Positions 46,881 to 56,715 are shown, counted from the first letter of the stretch. The stretch is 64,000 nt of DNA from Clostridiales bacterium (GCA_017509205.1 JAFWQF010000080.1:21136-85135); one strand, 5' to 3'. The notes: generated by a model from the letters alone, not told the origin. A program made the numbers and translations.

Positions 46881-49136
46881 ATGTCTGACAGCATCAAAAG
46901 ATGTGTCGTTACGGGCCTTGGCCTCGTATGCGCGTTAGGTGACGATGCCGCTTCATGTGCGGCATCTGCTTTTTCAGGAAAGAGCGGTATCGAAGACGTT
47001 AAGTCCTTCGGCACCGCAACCTGCTATTCGCACAAGGGAGCTGAAGTGGCTCTCACCGATGAGGAGCTCTGCAGCGAAAAGTACGACAGAACGACTCTGC
47101 TCTGCATAAAGGCGGCAGGCGAAGCCCTCGCTGATTCAGGCCTGGACCTCGAAAAGGAAGACCGCAGGAAGATCGGCGTCATCCTCGGCACCTGCATCGG
47201 CGGCGCAGCAAGCATCGACAAATACTATACGGACAGCTTTGAGGGCAAAGAGACTTGTAAGGATGACATCCTGAGGATGCCTGCTTCCGCCATCGCAAAC
47301 AACGTCGCGGGCCATTTCGGTCTGGACGGCATCACGGCAAACATCGTAAACGCATGTGCTGCAGGCACGATGAGCCTCGCTGGCGCATGTGACATGATCA
47401 GGTCCGGCAAGGCAGACGTCTTTGTCGCCGGTGGCTGCGACAGCTTTTCATCGCTCGCATACGCGGGATTCCATGCGCTTCACGCACTGTCTGAAGACGC
47501 GTGCTCACCCTTTAATCACAGCAACGGCATCACGATCGGCGAAGGCTCGGGCGTTCTCATTATAGAGAGCTACGAGCACGCAGTTGCAAGAGACGCAAAG
47601 ATCTACTGCGACGTTCTTGGTGCAGGCGTAAGCTCTGACGCTTACCACATCACGGCTCCGAGACCTGACGGTGAAGGACAGATGAGCGCGATCAGACGCG
47701 CGGCCTACAACTCGGGTGTTGATCTTTCGGAGATCGATTACATAAACGCACACGGAACGGGCACTTCCAAGAACGATGAGGCGGAATTCCTCTCGCTCAA
47801 GACGCTTTTCGGAAACAGGCCCGAACTGGCAGTAAGCTCCACGAAGTCGATGAACGGACACTGCTTAGGTGCCGCAGGATCGATCGAGGCGGTGCTGACC
47901 ATCGAGGCAATGAAGCGCGGAGAAGTTCCTCCCACGATCGGTTACAGCGCGGAGGACATTGAAGCCCTCAAGGAGAAGTCCGGCGGGATCGGTTTCGTCG
48001 CAAACGAAAAGCAGGCAAAAGAGCTTAATGTCTGCATGTCTAACTCTTTCGCGTTCGGAGGCAACAACGCGAGCATCGTTTTCTCTAAGGAGCCGCGTGA
48101 TGTAAAGGGCATCAGCAATACCGCCCCGATCTACATCACCGGTGTCGGCAAGGTTACGGGCACAAAAGATGAAGGAGCTTCAGATTACAGGGCCGACGTA
48201 AGCCCCGAAGTATTCAAAAAGCATGAGGTAAAGTCCGCGTTCCTCAGAAAGCTCGACAGGTTCAGCGACCTTGTCCTCCTGAGCGGAATAGAGGCACTTT
48301 CTGATGCAGGCATAAAAGTAGATGACACCAATGCTGACGATATCGGAATCGTCATCGGAACTTCAGACGGCCCCATCACGGAGATCGTCAATTTCCAGAA
48401 GCTCGTCATCGAGAAGGGAATCGAGAACGGAAGCGCGTTTATGTTCCCCAACACCGTATATAACGCGGCAGGCGGATACCTCTCGATCTTCACGGGCATC
48501 AGGGGCTACAACATAACGATTGCAAACGGTTTCCAGGCGGGTCTTCAGAGCGTCATGTACGCATGTGATGCGATCCGCAGGGGAGACGAGAACATAATGC
48601 TCGCAACAGGCGCAGACGAGCTGACCGATATCGAGCATGATCTCTATGAGAACGCGGGATATCTGGGAGACGGCGTAGTGCTTGGCGAAGGCGCAGTCAC
48701 GCTGATCCTTGAGTCCGCAGAAAGCGCTGCTAAACGCGGAAGCAAGAAGTATGCGCAGATAGCAGGTTATGCCACGGCAAGACATTCCGTTCCTTACGGG
48801 ATCGCAGGCGGAACCGGCGAAGCACTCGTCAGGGCCATTGAAGAGGCGATCGCCGATGCGGGCATTTCAGCAGAAGACATTTCCGTGCTCTACGGATTCG
48901 CGAACGGTCTCAAGCCGCTCGATGACATCCTCGGAGATGCTGTTTCGAAGATCTGGAAGAACGGCATTGAGATAAGGAACGTCAGGGAAGATTCCGGCGA
49001 GGCAAGGGCGGCTTCAGCAGCTCTTTCACTTGCTCGCGCGGCAGAAGACATGAAAGATTCCGGAAGTGAATACATGATGGCGGTAAGCTTCGGCGCAGGC
49101 GGAATCTATTCCGCGGCAGTCCTCAAGAAAGCATAA
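46881..49136 (+). CDS. Fused ketosynthase + non-catalytic KS-like (chain-length-factor-like) protein
   Basis: Domain 1: NACAAG, NAHGTGT, GHCLGAAG, FAFGGNNA. Domain 2: KS-like fold (LRKLDRFS, FPNTVYNAAGG) lacking the Cys/His/His triad. Confidence 0.85.
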   Translation: MSDSIKRCVVTGLGLVCALGDDAASCAASAFSGKSGIEDVKSFGTATCYSHKGAEVALTDEELCSEKYDRTTLLCIKAAGEALADSGLDLEKEDRRKIGVILGTCIGGAASIDKYYTDSFEGKETCKDDILRMPASAIANNVAGHFGLDGITANIVNACAAGTMSLAGACDMIRSGKADVFVAGGCDSFSSLAYAGFHALHALSEDACSPFNHSNGITIGEGSGVLIIESYEHAVARDAKIYCDVLGAGVSSDAYHITAPRPDGEGQMSAIRRAAYNSGVDLSEIDYINAHGTGTSKNDEAEFLSLKTLFGNRPELAVSSTKSMNGHCLGAAGSIEAVLTIEAMKRGEVPPTIGYSAEDIEALKEKSGGIGFVANEKQAKELNVCMSNSFAFGGNNASIVFSKEPRDVKGISNTAPIYITGVGKVTGTKDEGASDYRADVSPEVFKKHEVKSAFLRKLDRFSDLVLLSGIEALSDAGIKVDDTNADDIGIVIGTSDGPITEIVNFQKLVIEKGIENGSAFMFPNTVYNAAGGYLSIFTGIRGYNITIANGFQAGLQSVMYACDAIRRGDENIMLATGADELTDIEHDLYENAGYLGDGVVLGEGAVTLILESAESAAKRGSKKYAQIAGYATARHSVPYGIAGGTGEALVRAIEEAIADAGISAEDISVLYGFANGLKPLDDILGDAVSKIWKNGIEIRNVREDSGEARAASAALSLARAAEDMKDSGSEYMMAVSFGAGGIYSAAVLKKA

Positions 49137-49150
49137 ACGGAGAGACAAAG

Positions 49151-49885
49151 ATGGGTAAGACGGCACTGGTAACGGGCGCTTCACGCGGCATCGGCAAAGC
49201 GATCGCCTTAAGACTCGCAAAAGACGGCTACGACATAGCGGTCAACTACAACAGCAATCAGGAAGCGGCGGAAAAGACCGCTGAAGAGATAGCAGGACTC
49301 GGCGTCACGGCAAAGATCTACAAGGCCGACACATCGAAGATCGATGAGGTCAAGGCGATGTTCAAGGAGATCAGGAAGGATTTCGGCGGTCTTGATGTTC
49401 TCGTAAACAACGCGGGCGTTGTAGATGACGCTTATCTTCTTATGGTCAATCAGGCTTCGCTCGAAAAGAGTCTCGCGATCAACATCCAGGGTTACATCAA
49501 CTGCGCCCAGCAGGCGGCACTTCGCATGGCGGGAGCCGGAAAAGGAGTTATCATCAATGTCTCATCGGTAAGCTCTGTTATCGCGGTAGAGGGTCAGACC
49601 GTTTACAGCGCCACCAAGGGTGCCGTAAACTCCATGACCGCAACGATGGCCAAGGAGCTCGCTCCGCGCGGGATCCGCGTAAATGCGGTCGCTCCGGGAT
49701 TCATCGGAACGGACATGCTCAAGTCCATCCCTGAAGACCTCGCGGAAAAATACATCGAATCGATCCCCATGAAGAAGTTTGGAACGGCTGAGGACGTTGC
49801 AAATGTCGTCTCAAGCCTTTGCTCGGACGGTTTCTCATACATGACAGGCCAGGTCCTGATCCTTGACGGAGGACTGTCGCTCTGA
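49151..49885 (+). CDS. FabG-like ketoreductase (SDR), second copy
   Basis: TGASRGIG, NNAG, YSATK, NAVAPG. Confidence 0.9.
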   Translation: MGKTALVTGASRGIGKAIALRLAKDGYDIAVNYNSNQEAAEKTAEEIAGLGVTAKIYKADTSKIDEVKAMFKEIRKDFGGLDVLVNNAGVVDDAYLLMVNQASLEKSLAINIQGYINCAQQAALRMAGAGKGVIINVSSVSSVIAVEGQTVYSATKGAVNSMTATMAKELAPRGIRVNAVAPGFIGTDMLKSIPEDLAEKYIESIPMKKFGTAEDVANVVSSLCSDGFSYMTGQVLILDGGLSL

Positions 49886-49896
49886 CAGATACTTTA

Positions 49897-50625
49897 ATGA
49901 AGATACTTATATTAAACGGCAGCCCCAAATGTGACAGAAGCAACACGATAAGGATTGCGAACGCTTTTACCGAAGGATTCCCCGAAGGAACCGAAGTAAA
50001 GAAGATCGATCTTTACGAAAAGGACATCAGGCCCTGCAAAGGGTGCTTTTCGTGCTGGAAGAGCAAGGAGGGCACATGTGTCATAAAGGACGACATGCCT
50101 GAGATCATCGCCGCCATCAGGGAAGCTGACATAATTATCGAGAGCTATCCGCTCTATTTCTACGGAATGCCTTCGCAGATGAAGGCCATGACCGACAGAT
50201 GCCTTCAGCTCGTAATGCCTTACATGGGCGACAAGAGCGAGTCTGAGACCACTTTCAACGAAATGCGCGATCCGGAGATGCGCGAAAAGAAGATGGTCCT
50301 CATCAGCTCATGCGGCTATGTAGAGACAGAGCCCGTCTATCCCGCGCTCCTTGCGCAGTACGACCTGATCTGCGGAAAGGGCAACTACACCGCGATCCTC
50401 TGCCCCGAGGGCGAGATCTTCGTTACCGGCAAGGCAAAGCGCCAGCAGGACGTTTACCTTGAGAGCATCAGGGCGGCAGGCGCTGAATACGCGGCAAACT
50501 TCTGCCTTTCAGACGAGACGCTCCGCAAGATCGCGATCCCGATGCTGTCGCCTTTGAGCTTCAGCACGATCACCAAGGCTCACTGGAAAGACGGCCACTG
50601 GACCGAGAGGGATCTCGAGATCTGA
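49897..50625 (+). CDS. Flavodoxin-fold NAD(P)H:FMN reductase / iron-sulfur flavoprotein-like
   Basis: ILNGSPK, PCKGCFSCW...C..KDD, YPLYFYG. Confidence 0.82.
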   Translation: MKILILNGSPKCDRSNTIRIANAFTEGFPEGTEVKKIDLYEKDIRPCKGCFSCWKSKEGTCVIKDDMPEIIAAIREADIIIESYPLYFYGMPSQMKAMTDRCLQLVMPYMGDKSESETTFNEMRDPEMREKKMVLISSCGYVETEPVYPALLAQYDLICGKGNYTAILCPEGEIFVTGKAKRQQDVYLESIRAAGAEYAANFCLSDETLRKIAIPMLSPLSFSTITKAHWKDGHWTERDLEI

Positions 50626-50633
50626 ATTTTCCG

Positions 50634-50755
50634 TCCCCTGTTATGTCCTATCTTTTCACTAAAACAGAGGACCAAACAGAGGATATTGTCCGATTTTGGT
50701 TGAAATCCCCTGTTAAGTCCTCACTTTTCGTCAAAACGGAGGACCAAACAGGGGA
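50634..50755. repeat. Diverged intergenic palindromic repeat, 2 copies, 72-bp period (locus C)
   Basis: TCCCCTGTTA starts at 50634 and 50706; arms TCCCCTGTT/AACAGGGGA and GTCCTC/GAGGAC. Confidence 0.8.
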
Positions 50756-50780
50756 CGAGTATCATTTTTCCTTTATAAAT

Positions 50781-50841
50781 TTGACATTATTCTTTATCAC
50801 GGATATACTTTGACAATCAAACTATTGGTTTGTCAAAGTAT
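50781..50841 (+). promoter_or_regulatory. fab operon sigma-A promoter with a FabT-like operator
   Basis: TTGACA-17-TATACT (50781-50809); TTTGA-caa-TCAAA at 50809-21, inside a 12-bp perfect inverted repeat ATACTTTGACAA...TTGTCAAAGTAT. Confidence 0.75.
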
Positions 50842-50861
50842 TTTCACGGAAGGAAATCCAA

Positions 50862-51836
50862 ATGACCGGAAAAATTATCGGTTTAGGTTCATACCTGCCC
50901 GCCAAGGTTTTATCCAATGACGATCTTTCCAAGATCGTTGAGACGAACGACGAGTGGATCACCGAGAGAACGGGAATCAAGGAGAGAAGGATATCAGATC
51001 CTCTGACCGACAAGCCCTCTCAGATGGTAGTCAAAGCAGCCCGTCAGGCTGTAGAAGACGCCGGGATCGACCCGAAAGACATCGATCTCATCATTACCGC
51101 AACGACAACGTCGGATCTCATGTTCCCGACGCTTTCATGCGTTATCCACAAGGAACTCGGCGTAAGCGAGGAGTGCGGAACGTTCGATGTTAACTCCGCA
51201 TGCCCCGGCTGGATCGCCGCATATAACGCTGCCCAGGGCTTTATTCAGACCTGCAATGCAAAGCTCGCTCTCATTGCGGGAGTTGAATGCACATCCAACT
51301 TCGTAAACTGGGAAGACAGAGGCCAGTGCATCCTTTTCGGTGACGGCGCAGGTGCTGCCGTCTTAAGGGCTGAGGAAGGCAAGCCGAACCAGTTCATCAT
51401 GAGATCATCCGGCAGGAGAATGAACTTCCTGCACTGCGACAACGCAAGACAGCCCGCACGTATGAACGAGGAAGGTTTTGAGGACCTCACCAAGTTCAAC
51501 ATGGACGGCCGCGAGGTATTCAAGTTTGCGATTACGGAAGTCCCGAAGATCATCAGGGACCTTTCCGCTAAATATGAATTTGCGCTTGAAGATATTGACT
51601 GGTTCGTTCTGCATCAGGCGAACGCAAGGATCATCGAGGCAACTGCCAAGAAGCTCAAAGTGAGCCTGGATAAGTTCCCGATGAACATCATGCATACGGG
51701 AAACACATCTTCCGCGAGCATTCCGGTGCTTCTCAAGGAGATGAAGGACAAGGGACAGCTCGAAAGAGGCATGAAGATCGTTTTTGCGAGCTTCGGAGGC
51801 GGCCTCACTTGGGATGCCAACTATATTGAATACTGA
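50862..51836 (+). CDS. fabH: 3-oxoacyl-ACP synthase III
   Basis: FDVNSAC, LFGDGAGA, HQAN, GNTSSAS. Confidence 0.95.
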   Translation: MTGKIIGLGSYLPAKVLSNDDLSKIVETNDEWITERTGIKERRISDPLTDKPSQMVVKAARQAVEDAGIDPKDIDLIITATTTSDLMFPTLSCVIHKELGVSEECGTFDVNSACPGWIAAYNAAQGFIQTCNAKLALIAGVECTSNFVNWEDRGQCILFGDGAGAAVLRAEEGKPNQFIMRSSGRRMNFLHCDNARQPARMNEEGFEDLTKFNMDGREVFKFAITEVPKIIRDLSAKYEFALEDIDWFVLHQANARIIEATAKKLKVSLDKFPMNIMHTGNTSSASIPVLLKEMKDKGQLERGMKIVFASFGGGLTWDANYIEY

Positions 51837-51857
51837 TCTTGGCAAAGGAGATTGATC

Positions 51858-52790
51858 ATGACCAGAATTACGGATCTTATCGGAATCAAGTACCCCATCT
51901 TCCAGGGCGGAATGGCATGGGTCGCAGACTGGCATATCGCTGCAGCAGTTTCTGAAGCAGGTGGACTCGGCATCATCGGTGTCGGCGGCGCTGACGAGAA
52001 CTGGCTCCGCGAACAGATCAAGTTATGCCGTGAGGCTACTAACAAGCCGTTCGGCGTAAACCTCATGCTCATGAATCCCAGAGCACCCGAGATTGCAAAG
52101 GTAATCGCAGAGGAGAAGGTTAAGGTCGTTACGACCGGCGCAGGTTCTCCGGAAAAATACATGGAGATGTGGAAGGAAGCAGGAATTATCGTCGTTCCCG
52201 TTACTGCAGGCGTTGCTCTTGCAAAGAGAATGGAGCAGTGCGGTGCTGACGCCGTGATCGCTGAGGGCACAGAGTCCGGCGGACACATCGGCGAAGCTAC
52301 GACGATGACACTCGTTCCCCAGGTAGTTGACGCTGTTTCCATCCCCGTCATAGCAGCAGGCGGTATCGCAGACGGCAGAGGCGTTGCAGCGGCATTTATG
52401 CTCGGTGCTGAAGGCGTTCAGTGCGGTACCGTTTTCTGCGCATGTGATGAGGTCAACGTTCACCCGAACTACAAGGACATGGTCGTCAGGGCAAAGGACA
52501 ACTCCACAAGAGTTACGGGCAGATCCTACGGTCATCCCGTAAGACAGATCAGAAACGCTCTTTCCAACAAGTATCTTGAGATGGAGCAGAGCGGCGTAAC
52601 CTTCGAAGAACTCGAGGGACTCACGGTAGGAAGTCTCCGCAAGGCAGTCGTTGAAGGCGACACCAAGCAGGGCACTTTCATGGCAGGACAGATCGCAGGT
52701 CTCATTAAGGAGGTCAGACCTGCAAAGGTCATCATCGAATCAATGTTCGAAGAGGCTGACAAACTCCTTGGAAGGAAGATTGAAGCATAA
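51858..52790 (+). CDS. fabK: Enoyl-ACP reductase FabK
   Basis: PIFQGGMAW, EGTESGGHIG, AAGGIADGRG, MAGQIAG; start moved to ATG 51858. Confidence 0.93.
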   Translation: MTRITDLIGIKYPIFQGGMAWVADWHIAAAVSEAGGLGIIGVGGADENWLREQIKLCREATNKPFGVNLMLMNPRAPEIAKVIAEEKVKVVTTGAGSPEKYMEMWKEAGIIVVPVTAGVALAKRMEQCGADAVIAEGTESGGHIGEATTMTLVPQVVDAVSIPVIAAGGIADGRGVAAAFMLGAEGVQCGTVFCACDEVNVHPNYKDMVVRAKDNSTRVTGRSYGHPVRQIRNALSNKYLEMEQSGVTFEELEGLTVGSLRKAVVEGDTKQGTFMAGQIAGLIKEVRPAKVIIESMFEEADKLLGRKIEA

Positions 52791-53707
52791 TGAAGATCGC
52801 ATTTTGTTATCCGGGACAGGGTGTCCAGCAGGTAGGAATGGCCGAGGCTTTCGTAAAGTCTGACGCACGTTACCAGGAGATGGTCGACGCTGCTTCAAAG
52901 GCTTCAGGCATCGACATGAACAAGCTCCTTTTCGAACCCAACGAAGACATCAACATCACTGAAAATACGCAGCCCGCGCTTGTTACCGCATGCTGCATCA
53001 TCACAGAAGCTCTTCTTAAGGCAGGCGTTAAGCCTGAAGTCACAGCAGGTCTTTCACTCGGTGAATACTGCAGCCTTTATGTTGCAGGCGCCCTGAACTT
53101 TGAGGATGCCGTAAGGCTCACGAGGATCAGGGGAAGGCTAATGTCTTCAGAGGTTCCCGCAGGCGAAGGCTCCATGGCTGCGATCATCGGTCTTAAGCAG
53201 GAAGAAGTTGAGAGCGTTACCAACACGATCGAAAACGTATGGCCCGCAAACTTCAACTGCCCCGGACAGATCGTCATCACGGGCAAGAAGGAAGCCGTAA
53301 GAGAGGCTATGCCCAAGCTCGAGGAAGCAGGCGCAGTCAAGGTTGTTGAACTCAACGTTTCAGGACCTTTCCATTCACCTCTTCTCAAGGGAGCAGGCGA
53401 AAAGCTCGGCAAGGAACTTGAAAACGTTGAACTCGGCGATCTTAAGATCCCTTATTTCGCAAACGCAAATGCTTCGAAGATCACAGACAAAGCTCAGATC
53501 AAGGATCTTCTCAAGGAGCAGGTATATAGCCCCGTTAAGTGGGAGCAGACCCTTTACGAGCTCGAAAAGATGGGTGTTGACACCATCGTTGAAGTAGGCC
53601 CCGGAAGGACCATCGCAGGCTTTGTCAGAAAGACTGTCCCTTCGATAAAAGTAATCGGTGTTTCAACACCTGAAGACATAGAGAAATTACTCGAGAAAAT
53701 CGGCTGA
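52790..53707 (+). CDS. fabD: Malonyl-CoA:ACP transacylase
   Basis: PGQG, TQPA, GLSLGEY, SGPFHS. Confidence 0.95.
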   Translation: MKIAFCYPGQGVQQVGMAEAFVKSDARYQEMVDAASKASGIDMNKLLFEPNEDINITENTQPALVTACCIITEALLKAGVKPEVTAGLSLGEYCSLYVAGALNFEDAVRLTRIRGRLMSSEVPAGEGSMAAIIGLKQEEVESVTNTIENVWPANFNCPGQIVITGKKEAVREAMPKLEEAGAVKVVELNVSGPFHSPLLKGAGEKLGKELENVELGDLKIPYFANANASKITDKAQIKDLLKEQVYSPVKWEQTLYELEKMGVDTIVEVGPGRTIAGFVRKTVPSIKVIGVSTPEDIEKLLEKIG

Positions 53708-53722
53708 TACAGGAGGAAAACC

Positions 53723-54469
53723 ATGTCAGAGAATATTAGAAAAACAGCAATCGTAACAGGTGCTTCAAGAGGTATCGGCAAGGCCATCGCCCTGAAGCTC
53801 GCAAAGAGCGGATACAACATCGCGATCGTTGACGCATGCCCTCTCGAAAACAGCAAGGCTGCTGAAGACGAGGTAAAGGCACTTGGCGTTGACGCAAAGG
53901 CATATCAGTGCAACGTTGCTGATTTCGCTGCAGTTGAAGAGACTGTTAAGCAGATCAATGACGATTTCGGCGGCATCTACATCCTCGTAAACAACGCCGG
54001 CATCACAAGAGACGGACTCCTCATCAAGATGAGCGAGGAGAACTTCGACGCGGTCATCAACGTTAACCTCAAGGGTACGTTCAACTTCATCAAGCACGTT
54101 ACGCCCATCATGATGAAGAAGAGAGAAGGAAGAGTCGTAAGCATTTCTTCCATCGTAGGCATCGAGGGCCAGGCAGGACAGGTCAACTACTCCGCTTCAA
54201 AGGCAGGCGTCATCGGCATCACAAAGTCATGCGCAAGAGAGTTCGCTTCAAGGAACATCACCTTCAACGCGATCGCTCCCGGATATGTTGAGACACCCAT
54301 GACTGCCGTTCTTACGGACAAGCAGAAGGAAGCCATCTTCGAGATGATCCCTCTCAAGAGATACGGACAGCCTGAGGATATCGCTAACGCAGTTAATTTC
54401 CTGTGCTCTGATGATGCTTCATACATCACGGGTCAGGTCCTTTCCGTTGACGGCGGAATGCACATGTAA
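53723..54469 (+). CDS. fabG: 3-oxoacyl-ACP reductase
   Basis: TGASRGIG, NNAGITRD, GQVNYSASKAG. Confidence 0.95.
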   Translation: MSENIRKTAIVTGASRGIGKAIALKLAKSGYNIAIVDACPLENSKAAEDEVKALGVDAKAYQCNVADFAAVEETVKQINDDFGGIYILVNNAGITRDGLLIKMSEENFDAVINVNLKGTFNFIKHVTPIMMKKREGRVVSISSIVGIEGQAGQVNYSASKAGVIGITKSCAREFASRNITFNAIAPGYVETPMTAVLTDKQKEAIFEMIPLKRYGQPEDIANAVNFLCSDDASYITGQVLSVDGGMHM

Positions 54470-54487
54470 TCAAGGGAGAAAAAGCAA

Positions 54488-55717
54488 ATGGCAAACAGAG
54501 TCGTAATAACCGGAATGGGTGCTATCACACCTCTCGGAAACAACGTTGAGACTTTCTGGGAAGGTCTTAAAAAGGGAAAGGCAGCCACCGGCCCGATCAC
54601 AAAGTACGATACGAGCAATTCCAAGATCAAGCTCGCATGCGAAGTCAAGGATTTCAATCCCCAGGACTACATGGATTTCAAGACGATGAAGCGTATGGAG
54701 CCGTTTGCCCATTTCGCTGTCGCTGCCGCAAAGGAAGCAATCGAGCAGTCCGGAATCAACATGGAGAATGAGGATCCTTACAGAGTAGGCGTTATCGTAA
54801 GCTCCGGAATCGGATCACTCCAGGCTCACGAAAGAGAGCAGGTAAGATACGAGAAGTCAGGAAAGATCGCTCCTATGTACATCCCGATGATGATCGCCAA
54901 CATGGCATCTGCAAACATCGCCATCATGTACGGAATGAAGGGCATCAATACCTGCGTCGTTACAGCATGCGCAACAGGCGCTCACTCCATCGGTGACGCT
55001 TTCAAGGCTGTTAAGTACGGCGATGCTGACATCATGGTTACCGGCGGATGCGAAGCTTCCGTCTGCAAGACAGGTGTTCAGGGATTTGCAGCTCTCACGG
55101 CTCTTTCCACAAACGAGGATCCCGAGACTGCTTCAAGACCGTTCGACAAGAACCGTGACGGTTTCGTCATCGGCGAAGGTTCAGGCGTTCTCGTTCTCGA
55201 GAACTATGACCACGCAGTTGCAAGAGGCGCAAACATCTTAGCTGAGCTCGTAGGCTACGGCGCAACATGCGACGCATACCACATCACATCACCCGCAGAG
55301 GACGGATCCGGTGCAGGCGAAGCAATGATCATCGCAATGAAGGAAGCAGGCATCAAGCCTTCCGACATCGATTACATCAACGCTCACGGAACATCAACAC
55401 ACCACAACGACCTTTTCGAGACACGTGCCATGAAGTACGCGTTCAAGGAAGACATCAAGAACATCTCGATCAACTCCACAAAGTCCATGATCGGCCACGT
55501 ATTGGGCGGTGCAGGCGGAGTTGAGCTCATCACATGCGTAAAGGCTATCCAGGACGGATTTGTTCACGTTACAGCAGGCTCCAAGGAGAGCGAGGGTGAG
55601 ATGGATCTCGACTACACATTCTTCGAACCCAAGAACCGCGACATCACTTACGCAATGACAAACAACCTGGGATTCGGCGGACACAACGCTTCCCTGATCG
55701 TAAAGAAGTTCGTATAA
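54488..55717 (+). CDS. fabF: 3-oxoacyl-ACP synthase II
   Basis: TACATG, NAHGTST, KSMIGH, GFGGHNA. Confidence 0.95.
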   Translation: MANRVVITGMGAITPLGNNVETFWEGLKKGKAATGPITKYDTSNSKIKLACEVKDFNPQDYMDFKTMKRMEPFAHFAVAAAKEAIEQSGINMENEDPYRVGVIVSSGIGSLQAHEREQVRYEKSGKIAPMYIPMMIANMASANIAIMYGMKGINTCVVTACATGAHSIGDAFKAVKYGDADIMVTGGCEASVCKTGVQGFAALTALSTNEDPETASRPFDKNRDGFVIGEGSGVLVLENYDHAVARGANILAELVGYGATCDAYHITSPAEDGSGAGEAMIIAMKEAGIKPSDIDYINAHGTSTHHNDLFETRAMKYAFKEDIKNISINSTKSMIGHVLGGAGGVELITCVKAIQDGFVHVTAGSKESEGEMDLDYTFFEPKNRDITYAMTNNLGFGGHNASLIVKKFV

Positions 55718-55735
55718 GTCGGGGAGGTCAATTCA

Positions 55736-56239
55736 ATGGCAGATAAGAACACCCGCACGGGCCTTACGCTTGAAGAGATGACAGCCCTCATCAAGGCGGT
55801 TTCTGAGTCAAACATCGACAGCTTTGATTACAAGGAAGGCGAGTTCTCGATCACCCTTCACACGGGCAGGAGCGGAATCCTGACTTCTGCTGCAAACGCA
55901 GCAAGCGCAGGCGCTTTCACCGGCGTATCGATGGCTGAGCTCAACAAGGCAATGTCACTTGCAGCTGATGCAACGAGCGGCGCAGACAGTGAAGAAGACG
56001 ATGACGCTTTCATCATCAAGTCACCCCTCGTAGGTACTTTCTATGCCGCACCCGCAGCTGACGCAAAGCCTTTCGTAAAGATCGGCGACCGCGTAAAGAA
56101 GGGACAGGTCCTCGCCATCGTTGAAGCAATGAAGATGATGAACGAGATCGAATCCGACTGCGACGGCACGATTTCTGAGATAATGGTTACAAACGGTTCG
56201 CCTGTTGAATACGGACAGCCGCTTTTCAGAATAAGCTAA
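55736..56239 (+). CDS. accB: Biotin carboxyl carrier protein
   Basis: [17 protein letters not shown]. Confidence 0.95.
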   Translation: MADKNTRTGLTLEEMTALIKAVSESNIDSFDYKEGEFSITLHTGRSGILTSAANAASAGAFTGVSMAELNKAMSLAADATSGADSEEDDDAFIIKSPLVGTFYAAPAADAKPFVKIGDRVKKGQVLAIVEAMKMMNEIESDCDGTISEIMVTNGSPVEYGQPLFRIS

Positions 56240-56257
56240 TACAAAGGAGAACCAGTC

Positions 56258-56707
56258 ATGGCAAATTCACTCGACACAATCGGAATCATGAAGATCATTC
56301 CGCACAGGCATCCTTTCCTCCTCATCGACAAGGTTGAGGACTACGTACCCGGCGAGTATGCCATCGCTTATAAGAATTTCACATACGATGAGTATTTCTT
56401 CAGAGGACACTTCCCTGAATATCCCATCGTTCCGGGCGTCCTCACCGTTGAGGCTCTTGCACAGTGCGGTGCAGTCTGCATCCTCGCTCAGGAGGAATTC
56501 AAGGGCAGGATCGCTCTTTTCGCAGGCGTAGACAAATGCAAGTTCAAGGGTTCCATCGTTCCCGGCGACCAGGTAAGACTTGAGACAAGGATCACCGCAA
56601 TGAAGAACACATTCGGCATCGGTGAGGCAGTCGCAACAGTCAACGGAAACGTTGTCGTAAAGGCTACCCTCAAGTTCGCGATCCTTCCCAAGGGCGCTGA
56701 GATCTAA
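56258..56707 (+). CDS. fabZ: 3-hydroxyacyl-ACP dehydratase
   Basis: PHRHPFLLID, GHFP...PGVLTVEALAQ. Confidence 0.95.
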   Translation: MANSLDTIGIMKIIPHRHPFLLIDKVEDYVPGEYAIAYKNFTYDEYFFRGHFPEYPIVPGVLTVEALAQCGAVCILAQEEFKGRIALFAGVDKCKFKGSIVPGDQVRLETRITAMKNTFGIGEAVATVNGNVVVKATLKFAILPKGAEI

Positions 56708-56715
56708 GGCATCTT

